From the NCBI GenBank assembly GCA_002025945.1, contig MWOO01000138.1:10155-74154 (forward strand): DNA of 64,000 nucleotides. The letters run 5' to 3'. The notes under the pieces are model-generated. The model was not told the origin of the DNA. It ran no database searches and worked only from the letters and a program-made list of their open reading frames with translations. Shown piece by piece: positions 10,489 to 20,995 of this stretch. How positions within the stretch are numbered: position 1 is the stretch's first letter; each line of letters opens with the position of its first letter. The position numbers and the translations under genes were made by a program. Source of the stretch: Prochlorococcus sp. HOT208_60m_813O14 (lineage in GTDB: Bacteria > Cyanobacteriota > Cyanobacteriia > PCC-6307 > Cyanobiaceae).

Positions 10489-10901
10489 AGCCTATTACCT
10501 TTACTACTCCATCTAATATCATCAAAACATTCATTAATAATGTATAAGCCGCGGCCATTTACACTGTTTATTTTTTTTGGTAATTTGTAGTTTCTTTTTT
10601 TTATTTCTAAACCATTACCTTGGTCTTGAATTTGCCAAACACACCATTTAGGAGTAATTATTCTTCTTACTCTTATATTTTTTGTAGGGTCTAATTTATT
10701 TCCATGTTTTACAGCGTTAACGAGAGCTTCATGTAAACCTAGTTTGATAAGATAGCTTGATTGAGAATTTTTTATAGGTTCTAATAATTGATCAACAAAT
10801 TCATTTAACTGTAATGATGATTCTAATTCGTAGTTCGACCAGTTAATCTTCGGCCTTATAAAAAACTTTTTTAAAATATTTTTGCCCCGAAATAAGGACA
10901 T
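10467..10901 (-). CDS. RsbW/SpoIIAB-like anti-sigma factor Ser kinase (HATPase_c)
   Basis: N-box EALVNAVKHGN, G1 DQGNG, G2 NGRGLYII. Confidence 0.85.
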   Translation of the reverse strand: MSLFRGKNILKKFFIRPKINWSNYELESSLQLNEFVDQLLEPIKNSQSSYLIKLGLHEALVNAVKHGNKLDPTKNIRVRRIITPKWCVWQIQDQGNGLEIKKRNYKLPKKINSVNGRGLYIINECFDDIRWSSKGNRLQLALKR

Positions 10902-10949
10902 AATAATATTTATAAACTAATTTAATTTTAGCTTATTAAATACCTCCAT

Positions 10950-11669
10950 TTAAAGAATATTGTTATGTCTCTCTGCAATAGCTGGATGTCGTAAGATGGA
11001 ATCCATAAGTCGTACTCCTCGTAGTTGATTTACTAAAGGCATATGTCCATCTGGCGCATCTAATGACCAGCAAAAAGATCCAGGATATCTAGTCCATAAG
11101 CCCTCTTTTTTCCAACCTATTTTCGGCCACATTAATTCGTATTTTTTCCCTACTGATTTTAATATCTTTGCTTGAATTGAAAATCCAAATCTACCCGTAG
11201 AATAAATATTCCATAATCTATCAATAGTTTTTAGATCTTTACCTGACATATTCTCAACCTCACTGTAGAAAACATATCCACGTTTTTCAGCTAATTTTCC
11301 AGCTAATTTTCGGAGGTATGAACTTGTTAATCTATCAGCTTCTTCAAATTGTTGCTCGACTAAAGTTAATTGTAATTTATCATAATTTATATCAACATCT
11401 GAATATGTATTAAACCAATTATTGAATTTATTATTTTCAAAAAAATGTGGTTTATATTTTTTTAAAACTTGCAATAACCAGCCTGCGGCCCAGTCATCTC
11501 CATTACTATCAAAGTTTTCAAACAATGTGGGACCAAGTTTATAAATATTTTCTGCTTCAGATTCTATTTGAGTTAATAAATTTAATCTTTTTCTTTGATT
11601 AGAATCTACAAATTTTTTTATCAGATCTAATGTAGCATTACTATTGTTATCTTGTTCTTTGTTAGTCAT
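10950..11669 (-). CDS. gun4: GUN4 (Ycf53) porphyrin-binding activator of Mg-chelatase
   Basis: FEEADRLT, DLKTIDRLW..YS.GRFGFSIQ and APDGHMPL motifs. Confidence 0.9.
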   Translation of the reverse strand: MTNKEQDNNSNATLDLIKKFVDSNQRKRLNLLTQIESEAENIYKLGPTLFENFDSNGDDWAAGWLLQVLKKYKPHFFENNKFNNWFNTYSDVDINYDKLQLTLVEQQFEEADRLTSSYLRKLAGKLAEKRGYVFYSEVENMSGKDLKTIDRLWNIYSTGRFGFSIQAKILKSVGKKYELMWPKIGWKKEGLWTRYPGSFCWSLDAPDGHMPLVNQLRGVRLMDSILRHPAIAERHNNIL

Positions 11670-11700
11670 TTTCAATAAATTAACCTAAAAATAAAAATCC

Positions 11701-12744
11701 ATGCATTTCAAAAGAAAAGAACTAGAGAAATTTAGGAGTTTTAAAGGACCACTTATAGATGTTAGGAGCCCGAGTGAATATTATAAAGGACATATGCCTA
11801 ATTCTATTAACATTCCATTATTTGATAATGATGAAAGATCAATAATTGGGACAATTTACAAAAAAGGCGGTAGAAAAAAAGCAGTTATAGAGGGATTAAA
11901 ATTTTTTGAAAAGAAAATAGATTTTCTTCTAGATAATTTGTTCATTAATATCGACTCTTATAAAACTATTACTAAAAAAAATAATAATGAATTATTTGTC
12001 AGAATATATTGTGCTAGAGGAGGAATGAGGTCACAAAGCATTGCTTGGTTATTAGAAAAATATAAATTAAATCCAATAACACTTAAGGGAGGATATAAAA
12101 CATACAGGAGATGGATATTAGATAGTTTCTCAAAAAAGTGGAATATAATTATTATTGGCGGTAAAACAGGCTCGGGGAAAACAAGGTTATTATCATTACT
12201 AGAAAAATATAAATATCAAACTATAGATCTTGAAGGATTTGCTTCTCATAGAGGAAGCACATTTGGTGGTTTAGGAATGAAAGATCAACCTTCAAACGAA
12301 GAATTTGAAAATAAAATAGCTGAAAAATTATATTCCTTTAAAACAAATAATAATATTTTTGTAGAAGCAGAGAGTGCGAACATAGGAAAATGTAAAATTC
12401 CTCATGAATTTTTTAATCAGATGAAAAAATCGAGGAGAATTGAGATATTAAGGAGCGAATCAAACAGGTTAAATGAGTTAATAGATACTTATAGTGTATT
12501 TAAAAAAGAGGAACTAAAAGAATCTGTGCTAAGGATTAAAAAAAGATTAGGTCCTCAAAGAACAAAAATAGCACTTGAATCAATTGATCATGAGAAATGG
12601 GATTTAGTATGTAGATCAGTTTTAGATTATTATGATAGGTGTTATGAATATGAAAAGGTCGGCAAGGAAAATATAAAGTTATTAGATTTAACTGATAAAA
12701 ATTATGATGAAAACATCTTAAAATTGATAGACAATATGTTGTGA
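11701..12744 (+). CDS. mnmH: tRNA 2-selenouridine synthase
   Basis: Rhodanese domain (IDVRSPSEY, YCARGGMRS), P-loop GKTGSGKT, DLEG.A.HRGS.FG. Confidence 0.92.
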   Translation: MHFKRKELEKFRSFKGPLIDVRSPSEYYKGHMPNSINIPLFDNDERSIIGTIYKKGGRKKAVIEGLKFFEKKIDFLLDNLFINIDSYKTITKKNNNELFVRIYCARGGMRSQSIAWLLEKYKLNPITLKGGYKTYRRWILDSFSKKWNIIIIGGKTGSGKTRLLSLLEKYKYQTIDLEGFASHRGSTFGGLGMKDQPSNEEFENKIAEKLYSFKTNNNIFVEAESANIGKCKIPHEFFNQMKKSRRIEILRSESNRLNELIDTYSVFKKEELKESVLRIKKRLGPQRTKIALESIDHEKWDLVCRSVLDYYDRCYEYEKVGKENIKLLDLTDKNYDENILKLIDNML

Positions 12745-12804
12745 AATTATTTATAAACGAATGCAAAAAATATCTCTTAATATAAGTAATTATTAATAGA
12801 CACT

Positions 12805-13158
12805 ATGCCAGCAAATAAAACTGCAAGAATACAATTCTATGAAGGTACTAATGAACCAGTAGTACCTGAAATAAGACTGACAAGGAGCAAGGATGGGACT
12901 ACTGGTCAAGCATTATTTTCATTTGAGAAACCTCAGGCATTATCATCAATTACAGATGGAGAAATTACTGGAATGCGTATGATTGATACTGAAGGTGAGA
13001 TATTAACAAGGGAAGTAAAAGTAAAGTTTGTTGATGGTGAACCAATATTTTTAGAAGCAGTATATGTTTGGAAGAACACTTCAGATTTTGATAGATTCAT
13101 GAGATTTGCAAATAGTTATGCCAAATCAAATGGATTAGGATATTCTGAGAAGAAGTAG
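12805..13158 (+). CDS. psb28: Photosystem II assembly protein Psb28
   Basis: [38 protein letters not shown]. Confidence 0.95.
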   Translation: MPANKTARIQFYEGTNEPVVPEIRLTRSKDGTTGQALFSFEKPQALSSITDGEITGMRMIDTEGEILTREVKVKFVDGEPIFLEAVYVWKNTSDFDRFMRFANSYAKSNGLGYSEKK

Positions 13159-13171
13159 AATATTATCTAAA

Positions 13172-14215
13172 TTGAGTAGTCAGTCATATTTTAAGTTAGT
13201 AGTAATTTTAATCACATCTCTATTAATATGGACTTTAAGAGATTTTCTCCTCTTAATAATATGCTCTTTAGTAATTTCAAATATTGTATGTAATTTATGT
13301 AATCAAATGCGGAAGAGTTTAAAAATTCCCCGATCGCTTTCTTTGTTTCTTGTCTTAACTACTATATCAGTAATAGTATTTACTATTTTTATTCTTGTAT
13401 TGCCTCCTTTTATAAAAGAATTCAATGAAATACTAGTTGATATTCCAAATGGTTTATCAAAAATAAATATTTTGATTAATACTAATCTGAACAAATTAAA
13501 TAGCCTCTTTTATGGCGATCAATCAGAAAATGTTATAGATATATTCACTCTTATAAATAATGTAGTTACCATTCCAGATGCCTCAACTATTGCAAAAGCT
13601 ATACAAGAAAGTTTTAAGAATTTAATAAATATAGCTGGGAATCTGGGTTCAGGCCTTTTGAAATTAATATTCGTATTAGCAGTGAGTCTAATGATTTCTA
13701 TTGAACCAAAACAATATAAAGAAAATATACTTTTACTAATTCCAAAGAATTATCGCAACAAATTTAGAAAAATTCTGGAAAAATGCAATACTGCATTAGC
13801 AAATTGGACCTTTTCTATGGTCATAAGCTCATTATCAGTAGGTCTATTATCATTAATAGTTCTGTCTATATTAGATGTCAAATATGTTGTCTCAAATGCT
13901 CTAATAGCAATGGTTCTTAATATTATTCCAAATATAGGTCCAGTTATTAGTGGTATATTTCCAATCTCAATTGCACTACTAGATAATTTTTGGAAACCAC
14001 TGGCCGTTTTAGGAGCATATATAATCATACAAAATATCGAAAGCTATATAATAATGCCATCTATAATGAAGAAAAAAGCAAATTTACTTCCTGGTTTAAC
14101 ATTAATATCACAATTTGGATTCACCTTCATTTTTGGACCATTAGGCTTAATACTTTCTCTCCCGTTAGCTGTAGTTATACAGGTTTTAATCAAAGAATCA
14201 ATTAAAGATATTTAA
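13172..14215 (+). CDS. AI-2E (PerM) family transporter
   Basis: Multiple TM helices; NIIPNIGP and IQNIES..I.P motifs. Confidence 0.85.
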   Translation: MSSQSYFKLVVILITSLLIWTLRDFLLLIICSLVISNIVCNLCNQMRKSLKIPRSLSLFLVLTTISVIVFTIFILVLPPFIKEFNEILVDIPNGLSKINILINTNLNKLNSLFYGDQSENVIDIFTLINNVVTIPDASTIAKAIQESFKNLINIAGNLGSGLLKLIFVLAVSLMISIEPKQYKENILLLIPKNYRNKFRKILEKCNTALANWTFSMVISSLSVGLLSLIVLSILDVKYVVSNALIAMVLNIIPNIGPVISGIFPISIALLDNFWKPLAVLGAYIIIQNIESYIIMPSIMKKKANLLPGLTLISQFGFTFIFGPLGLILSLPLAVVIQVLIKESIKDI

Positions 14216-14218
14216 ATT

Positions 14219-14401
14219 CTACTTAATTAATTTTTTATATAAATATGGGTAGGAAAAAAGTATAAAGAAAGCTAAGGGATGTTTACCAATAGCAAAATAT
14301 AGTGAACTAAAAGTAAAATGATCAAATAATATTCTTAGCTCAGTAGAAAGATCTATTAAAACTAAAGAAAATAAAATTATCAAATAGTAATTTAATTTCA
14401 T
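14219..14401 (-). CDS. Small hypothetical membrane protein, 60 aa
   Basis: ORF directly downstream of secF; ELRILFDHFTFSSL..AI..HPLA pattern. Confidence 0.6.
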   Translation of the reverse strand: MKLNYYLIILFSLVLIDLSTELRILFDHFTFSSLYFAIGKHPLAFFILFSYPYLYKKLIK

Positions 14402-14419
14402 ACCAGTAGAAGCTTAAGT

Positions 14420-15334
14420 TCAGTCTTTAAGCAACAAAGATGGAGCTAATAAAATACTTGAATAACTGCCAACTGCAATTCCTAATGATAAGGCTAATGA
14501 AAACCAAAATAGCGAGTAAGATCCAAACAAAATTATGCTTAATAAAGGAATAAGGGTTGTAATACTGGTAAAAGTTGTTCTCCTAAATGATTCGTTTACT
14601 GATAATTGAATAGTTTCGTTATAGCCTTCTTTCTTTGATTTTAAATTTTCTCGAATTCTATCAAAAATAACAACAGTATCATTTACAGAATAACCAGCAA
14701 TGGTTAACAAGGAAACTGCAAATAAACTATTTACCTCAACAGATAATATAATTCCCAACCAAGAGAATATACCGAAAACAATTAATAAATCATGGAATAA
14801 AGCTAGTAATGCAAATAATGCATATTTTTTATCAAATCTGATGGTTATATATAAAGATATTGCAAATAAAGAAACCACCAATGAAGTAACACAATTAGTA
14901 AGTAATTTTTTCCCAAGCTTTGGACCTATTAATCTTGAATCCTTACTCTCATAATTCAGAGGTCCAACAATATTATCAAGATTAGAAATAAGATTATTTG
15001 ATTCTTCGATACTTAAATAAGGTGTTCTTATTGAAATTAATTTATTTTTATTTTGGAATTGTAATTTGATATTATTTAAAACTTTTTTGTTTTTAGAAAT
15101 TTCTCTTAAATTTTGTAAAACCGTATCAGGGGAAAAATTAGAACATGCCTCTTCACAAACCCTCTCTATTCTAGTTTCATTTCCCCCGACAAAATCCATC
15201 CCTAAATTTATAGGTTTCTTATAAGAAGTATTAAAAGTAGAATATAAAATTCCTAAAAGACTAAACAAAATAAGAACAGTTGAAAAACCAATTATCCTTC
15301 TTTTATTTTTTATTAGTTCGAGATTGTATTTCAT
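14420..15334 (-). CDS. secF: Protein translocase subunit SecF
   Basis: LGMDFVGG, HDLLI, AGYSVNDTVVIFDRIREN. Confidence 0.97.
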   Translation of the reverse strand: MKYNLELIKNKRRIIGFSTVLILFSLLGILYSTFNTSYKKPINLGMDFVGGNETRIERVCEEACSNFSPDTVLQNLREISKNKKVLNNIKLQFQNKNKLISIRTPYLSIEESNNLISNLDNIVGPLNYESKDSRLIGPKLGKKLLTNCVTSLVVSLFAISLYITIRFDKKYALFALLALFHDLLIVFGIFSWLGIILSVEVNSLFAVSLLTIAGYSVNDTVVIFDRIRENLKSKKEGYNETIQLSVNESFRRTTFTSITTLIPLLSIILFGSYSLFWFSLALSLGIAVGSYSSILLAPSLLLKD

Positions 15335-15355
15335 GTGAAAATTAGAAATAAAAAT

Positions 15356-16822
15356 TTAATTTGAAAAATTATTCCTGGGTAGATAGAGATTTTTTTGTCT
15401 TAATGATTGATATGTTGTAAAAAATCGCAAAATAGTTTTAGAACAATTTAATGAGGTAAACAAGCTTATTAAGACTCCAATACCTAAAGTTGCAGCAAAT
15501 CCTTTAACAAAATTTGTTCCCAATAAGAACAAAACAAAACAACTTAGAAGAGTTGTAATATGTCCATCAACTATGGATGAATTAGCTCTCATAAAACCAC
15601 TATCAATTGATCTTGTAAGAGTATTACCATCATTTAATTCTTCTCTAATTCTCTCAAATATTAGAATATTTGCATCAACAGCCATACCAATGCTAAGTAT
15701 AAGCCCAGATATTCCAGGTAAAGTCAAAGTTACAGGAATTAAAGAATATAGGGCTAAGTTAAAGAAACCATAGAGTAATAGAGAAAGAACTGAAACAAAA
15801 CCTAGAATTCTATAATTAAAAATCATAAAAATACCAACAAAAATTAACCCACTAATAGCTGCATAAAGACTTTTTAAAATATTTTTGGATCCCAACAGAG
15901 CCCCTATTGTGTTAGTTTCTACGATTTCAATTGGCAACGGTAATGAGCCTCCTTTAAGTTGTACTTCTAATTCTCTAGCATTTTCAGCACTAAAATTACC
16001 GCTTATTGTTGCTGATCCACCTGTAATCCCAGTATTAACAAACTGATTACCAACACTGGCTTCACTTATTGATTCACCATCTAGAATGATAGCCAATAGT
16101 TGATTAGTGCCAGCAATTGACTTTGTAATTTCTGCAAACTTTTCACCTCCTGAATTACTAAAATTTAATAAAACTTCCCAGTTACTATTTGTTTGTTCTT
16201 GTCTCCTTCCTGCGTTAATAAGATCCTTACCAGATAAATCTGTTTTATTAAATAAATTTGTAATTTCTTTATCAACATATTTTTTGATTTCAATTAATTT
16301 CCCATATAAATCATTACTTGTAAATGAATAATTCAATTCTTGCTCTATATCTTTAAGATCATCTTGAATAACATTTAAATTATTATCATTTTGACTTTTT
16401 TCTGCAAAGGAATATTGTTCAATTAATTCTTTAATATTCAATCTCTGTAGTTGCAAGGTTTTTAAATCTGTAGATGTTCCTTCTTTTTGGGTTCTAAATT
16501 CTAATAAAGCAGTCTTACCTAATACCCTTGAAGCAACTAATGGATTTTGTTCACCTGGTAATTCTAAAATTAATTGATCTCCCCCTAGGGTTTGCAAATT
16601 AGACTCAGAAACTCCTAAATTGTTAACGCGCTTATCTATAACCGAATTAACTGCTTCAAGTTCATCCCTTGTTACCTTACCTTCCTCTTTAATAATTTGC
16701 AGTGTAAGTTGAGAACCCCCTTGTAAATCCAATCCCAACTGTAAGGGATAATTTATTAAGAGATAAACAGATAAAGTAAGTAGAAATATAATAAAAAAAA
16801 GCCAACCTTGCCTTCTTTTCAT
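15356..16822 (-). CDS. secD: Protein translocase subunit SecD
   Basis: LGLDLQGG, LTLPGI.G.ILSIGMAVDANILIFERIREE. Confidence 0.97.
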   Translation of the reverse strand: MKRRQGWLFFIIFLLTLSVYLLINYPLQLGLDLQGGSQLTLQIIKEEGKVTRDELEAVNSVIDKRVNNLGVSESNLQTLGGDQLILELPGEQNPLVASRVLGKTALLEFRTQKEGTSTDLKTLQLQRLNIKELIEQYSFAEKSQNDNNLNVIQDDLKDIEQELNYSFTSNDLYGKLIEIKKYVDKEITNLFNKTDLSGKDLINAGRRQEQTNSNWEVLLNFSNSGGEKFAEITKSIAGTNQLLAIILDGESISEASVGNQFVNTGITGGSATISGNFSAENARELEVQLKGGSLPLPIEIVETNTIGALLGSKNILKSLYAAISGLIFVGIFMIFNYRILGFVSVLSLLLYGFFNLALYSLIPVTLTLPGISGLILSIGMAVDANILIFERIREELNDGNTLTRSIDSGFMRANSSIVDGHITTLLSCFVLFLLGTNFVKGFAATLGIGVLISLFTSLNCSKTILRFFTTYQSLRQKNLYLPRNNFSN

Positions 16823-16825
16823 TTT

Positions 16826-17809
16826 CTATATACTCCCACTAATTAAATCTTCAACTTTCTCAACTATTTGATGTGGTTGGATTATTGTCAAATTCTCAAG
16901 ATTTCCATTATAAGGAGTTGGAATATCCTGACTAGATAATCTAATTGGTCGGGCATCAAGATCATCAAAACACTCTTCTGTTATCAAGGCAATTAATTCT
17001 GCACCAATACCTCCAGTCTTCATACATTCTTCAACAATAACTACTTTATTTGTTTTTCTTATTGATTTTGAGATGGTTTCCATATCAAATGGTTTTAAAC
17101 TTATTAAATCTATTAACTCAACATCTATTCCTTTTTTTTCTAATTCTTCTACAGCCTTAAGGCAGTGATGTCTCATTCTTGAATAAGTCAATAAAGTAAT
17201 ATCTTTCCCTTCTTTTACAACGTCAGCCTGATCTAAAGCGCAAGTATAATCACCCTCAGGTAATTCTTCAGACAAATTGTAAAGAAGAACATGTTCGAAA
17301 AATAGAACCGGATTATCATCTCTTATAGCTGCTTTCATTAAACCTTTAGCATTTGTGGGTGTACTACATGCAACAATCTTTATGCCAGGGACTGCATGAA
17401 AATATGCTTCAAGTCTTTGACTATGCTCAGCACCAAGTTGACGACCAACTCCTCCAGGTCCTCGAACTACTGCTGGTATTTTATAATTTCCGCCACTTGT
17501 ATATCTAAGCATACCCATATTATTTGATATCTGATTAAAAGCTAAAAGCAAAAAACCCATATTCATTCCTTCTACTATTGGTCTTAAGCCAGTCATTGCT
17601 GCACCCACAGCCATACCTGTAAAACTATTCTCTGCAATTGGAGTATCTAAGACTCTTAACTCTCCATATTTTTCATATAAATCCTTAGTTACCTTATAAG
17701 ATCCTCCATATTGACCAACATCTTCTCCCATAACGCAAACATTTACATCATTTGCCATTTCTTCATCAATTGCCTCTTTCAAAGCATTAAATAATAATGT
17801 TCCAGCCAC
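16826..17809 (-). CDS. pdhB: Pyruvate dehydrogenase E1 beta subunit
   Basis: [26 protein letters not shown]; GTG start. Confidence 0.97.
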   Translation of the reverse strand: MAGTLLFNALKEAIDEEMANDVNVCVMGEDVGQYGGSYKVTKDLYEKYGELRVLDTPIAENSFTGMAVGAAMTGLRPIVEGMNMGFLLLAFNQISNNMGMLRYTSGGNYKIPAVVRGPGGVGRQLGAEHSQRLEAYFHAVPGIKIVACSTPTNAKGLMKAAIRDDNPVLFFEHVLLYNLSEELPEGDYTCALDQADVVKEGKDITLLTYSRMRHHCLKAVEELEKKGIDVELIDLISLKPFDMETISKSIRKTNKVVIVEECMKTGGIGAELIALITEECFDDLDARPIRLSSQDIPTPYNGNLENLTIIQPHQIVEKVEDLISGSI

Positions 17810-17858
17810 AATTAATTACCTAATTAATCACATATATAATCCTACCACTTTGAATAAT

Positions 17859-17954
17859 TCAACCTCCTTCAGCGAAGGTTATCAGCAGTAATATTGATAA
17901 AATCATTCCAGGTGACAGCAAAAGGACTAAAAGGCCTAAGTCATGTAAAGACAT
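17859..17954 (-). CDS. Small hydrophobic protein, 31 aa (MSLHDLGLLVLLLSPGMILSILLLITFAEGG)
   Basis: Hand-translated ATG..TGA between the DUF3082 gene and pdhB, same strand; one TM-length hydrophobic stretch; higher GC than flanks. Confidence 0.6.
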   Translation of the reverse strand: MSLHDLGLLVLLLSPGMILSILLLITFAEGG

Positions 17955-17988
17955 TAAAAGAGAGTATTTTCTTCATAATATTGGCAAT

Positions 17989-18291
17989 TCAATTTTTCTT
18001 CAGAAAAAAACTGCGAATAAATACAATAAAAAGTCCTATACCTATAAAAGCAAAAGAGAAAGTGAGCAAAAATGATAATCCAATTATTAAGGTATTAATA
18101 CTAGAAGAAATATTTTGAACTATTTCAGAAGAATTAGATGGTTTATGTACTGAAAAATAAATTGCAATTTTATTACTTAAAAAGTAAAAAAATATAAATA
18201 ATAAAAAACTTGTTAATGATCCTAGAATAAAATTTAACGGTCCTTTTTCGGGAATGTTTTTTTCAATATTCTCATTACTATTTACAGCCAC
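17989..18291 (-). CDS. DUF3082-like membrane protein
   Basis: Two TM segments; KGPL.F..GS and TFSFAFIG.GL pattern; downstream of ispE. Confidence 0.7.
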   Translation of the reverse strand: MAVNSNENIEKNIPEKGPLNFILGSLTSFLLFIFFYFLSNKIAIYFSVHKPSNSSEIVQNISSSINTLIIGLSFLLTFSFAFIGIGLFIVFIRSFFLKKN

Positions 18292-18311
18292 AATAAATTT
18301 TGTATAAAAAT

Positions 18312-19247
18312 TTAAATGAATGTTATTCCCTTTTCAAGGAAAGTGCAAACCCATGAATCGTAACCTTTATTTCTAAATAATTTATAATTTGCAGTTAATT
18401 CTTTTTTTGCAATCTCTATATCTTTAAAGAGAGCAAAGCATGTAGGTCCTGATCCACTCATTGAAAATGTGAGACAATTTTCTAATTTAGAAAGTAAATA
18501 TAATGCCTGCTTTACAGAATCATTTTCATTTTCAACAACTAACTGCAAATCATTTTTAATAGATAATTGTTGATAATTAAAATTTAAGTTATTTAAACCA
18601 TTATGTCTTAAATTTTTTCTTATGTTTTCAATCATTTCTCTATCAGTAAGATATTGATCACAAAATCTATTACTATATTTTTTATAAGTTTCAGCTGTAG
18701 ATACTGATACATTTCGATTTTTTAAAAGAATTACTCCATATTCAAAGTTTGAATCTAATTTCTCCAAAATTTCTCCTCTTCCAAAACATAATTGAATACC
18801 ACCATTTATAAAAAAGGGAATATCAGATCCTAAAGTTGATGCTAATGAACATAATGTTTTTTGATCTAAGTTCAAATCCCATAACTTATTAAGACCAATT
18901 AATGTTGCTGCTGCATTACTAGATCCACCAGCTAATCCTGCGCCAATTGGAATATTTTTTCTTAAAAATATATTCGCACCGTAATCTATATTTGATTTTT
19001 TCCTTAATAGATTTGCCGATTTAACAATTAAGTTATCATCAGATAAGCTTAAATCATTACAATCAGACTCAAGTTTAATTAAACCTTCATTATTAATTTC
19101 AAATTCTAAATAATCAGAAAGATCGATATTTTGCATAATCATTGCTAACTCATGAAATCCATCCTCTCTTTTACCAATAACTTCAAGATGCAAATTTATT
19201 TTGGCAGGAGATTTTATATTAATTTTCGTTTTAGCTAAATCTTGCAT
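18312..19247 (-). CDS. ispE: 4-diphosphocytidyl-2-C-methyl-D-erythritol kinase
   Basis: PAKINLHL, KNIPIGAGLAGGSSNAA, GSDIPFF, MSGSGPT. Confidence 0.97.
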   Translation of the reverse strand: MQDLAKTKINIKSPAKINLHLEVIGKREDGFHELAMIMQNIDLSDYLEFEINNEGLIKLESDCNDLSLSDDNLIVKSANLLRKKSNIDYGANIFLRKNIPIGAGLAGGSSNAAATLIGLNKLWDLNLDQKTLCSLASTLGSDIPFFINGGIQLCFGRGEILEKLDSNFEYGVILLKNRNVSVSTAETYKKYSNRFCDQYLTDREMIENIRKNLRHNGLNNLNFNYQQLSIKNDLQLVVENENDSVKQALYLLSKLENCLTFSMSGSGPTCFALFKDIEIAKKELTANYKLFRNKGYDSWVCTFLEKGITFI

Positions 19248-19259
19248 ATACTTAAATTT

Positions 19260-20084
19260 TTATTTTTTAATTTTAATACAATTTTCTGCAAGCTTAATCC
19301 ATTGGTCAATTGAAATATCTTGTGGTCTTAAATTAAAACAAACTTTTGAAGATTCAGATAATTCATTTATCTCTTCATTTGAAAGTATTGAATTAAGAGT
19401 ATTTCTAAGCATTTTTCTTCTTGAATTAAATGAAATTCGAAGAAGTTTATCTATATATTTTTCTAGATTAATATCTAATCTTAAATCATTTTTAATTGGT
19501 TCGAAAACTACTAAAGAAGAAAAAACTTTTGGAGGCGGACTAAATGATGAAGGCGGCACATCACATATTCTTTTTATTTTTGATAACAGTTGCATTCTTA
19601 TACTAAGCGCACCAGCATTGGGACTACTTTCTTTTGACAAAATCCTATCTACAACGTCTTTCTGCATCAAAAATATTATTTTTTCGTAATTGTAGTTTCT
19701 TATAGTGCCCAATCGACCTATAAAAATATCCAATATTGGGCCAGTTATATTGTAAGGAATATTTGCAATCACTTTTGTAATCTTTTTATTAATCGAATCT
19801 AAATTTACAGAAAGAATATCTCCCTGCTGAAGTGAAAACCTATCATTATTATTGAATTTATCATTTAATAAATTTATTAAATCTTTATCTAATTCAATTG
19901 CATGTAATTTTTTAATTTCTGAATCTAACAACTTAGATGTTAAAGCTCCTTTACCAGGACCAATTTCTAAAATAAAGTCATTTTCATTAAGAACAGCAAT
20001 TTCTTTAATTTTTTCTAATATTTTTTTATTTACCAACCAGTGTTGTCCAAATCTTTTTTTTTGATGATGGTTTTTAGAATTCAT
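19260..20084 (-). CDS. rsmA: 16S rRNA m6,2A dimethyltransferase
   Basis: [30 protein letters not shown]. Confidence 0.97.
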   Translation of the reverse strand: MNSKNHHQKKRFGQHWLVNKKILEKIKEIAVLNENDFILEIGPGKGALTSKLLDSEIKKLHAIELDKDLINLLNDKFNNNDRFSLQQGDILSVNLDSINKKITKVIANIPYNITGPILDIFIGRLGTIRNYNYEKIIFLMQKDVVDRILSKESSPNAGALSIRMQLLSKIKRICDVPPSSFSPPPKVFSSLVVFEPIKNDLRLDINLEKYIDKLLRISFNSRRKMLRNTLNSILSNEEINELSESSKVCFNLRPQDISIDQWIKLAENCIKIKK

Positions 20085-20140
20085 CTAAAAGATAAATAAT
20101 ATGTTTAAATTAAATATGAATTTATTTAATACTTTATATC

Positions 20141-20461
20141 ATGAGCTTATCAAAAAAAAATTTAGATAAACTCAATAAATTTAAAAAAAAGAAAAATTTA
20201 AATAACGAAAGTAAAAATATAAATATAAATAATAATGATAATTTAATCACCAATCCACTTAATTCAGAAGATCCCAATAAAATTTTTTATTCGTTAATTG
20301 ATAATTCAGAATCTTTAGAAGAGACTTCTAACATTAATAACTCACTAAGAGAAAGTGAGATTAATCAAATTAATATAAATTCTAAAAAACATAATTTATC
20401 CAAGAAATTAACAACCGAAGAGGAACTATATGATGAATTTAATTATCTTCTTGATGAATAA
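20141..20461 (+). CDS. Hypothetical protein
   Basis: 106-aa Asn-rich ORF; P...FY.LID.S and C-terminal LYDEFNYLLDE. Confidence 0.6.
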   Translation: MSLSKKNLDKLNKFKKKKNLNNESKNININNNDNLITNPLNSEDPNKIFYSLIDNSESLEETSNINNSLRESEINQININSKKHNLSKKLTTEEELYDEFNYLLDE

Positions 20462-20480
20462 TTAGTTTTAATATTTACTT

Positions 20481-20897
20481 ATGCTTCAGAGTAATAGATT
20501 AACAATTTATGCTATCGGCAAAATAAAGAAACTTTGGATTAGAGATGGAATTAATCAATACAAAAAAAGAATGCCTGAACTTGTCATTAATGAGTTAAAG
20601 ACTTTTAATTTAAATAATCTTAGATCAAATAATAATATTATTATCAGCCTAAGTGAAGAAGGGAAACAGTTTAATTCAGTTGAACTATGTTCCTTACTCT
20701 TGAATTTTAAAAATAAAAAAATTAATTTCTTAATCGGTGACACTGATGGAGTTAGTTCAGATATAAAAGAAAAATCAGATCTTGTACTAAGTCTATCTTC
20801 TTTAACTTTTCCTCATGAATTAGCTAGATTAATCCTAATAGAGCAAATCTATAGAGCAATTTCTATATCTAACAACTCCCCTTATCATCGTTCCTAA
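20481..20897 (+). CDS. rlmH: 23S rRNA pseudouridine-1915 N3-methyltransferase
   Basis: [24 protein letters not shown]....SPYHR. Confidence 0.95.
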   Translation: MLQSNRLTIYAIGKIKKLWIRDGINQYKKRMPELVINELKTFNLNNLRSNNNIIISLSEEGKQFNSVELCSLLLNFKNKKINFLIGDTDGVSSDIKEKSDLVLSLSSLTFPHELARLILIEQIYRAISISNNSPYHRS

Positions 20898-20968
20898 AAA
20901 GATTAGATTCAATCTAAAATTAATCTATAAAAGTTTAATAACTAACTATTTTTTGAATTTTTGCTATA

Positions 20969-20984
20969 TAGTACATATATACTA
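20969..20984 (+). promoter_or_regulatory. LexA (SOS) box upstream of umuD
   Basis: TAGTACA-TA-TATACTA, one mismatch from the palindrome TAGTACA-N2-TGTACTA, ending 11 nt before the umuD start. Confidence 0.75.
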
Positions 20985-20995
20985 TTAATTTAACC

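Noticed and set aside
17894-18118. 74-aa plus-strand ORF
   Set aside because: Antisense to the DUF3082 gene and the 31-aa ORF, which fit the operon direction better
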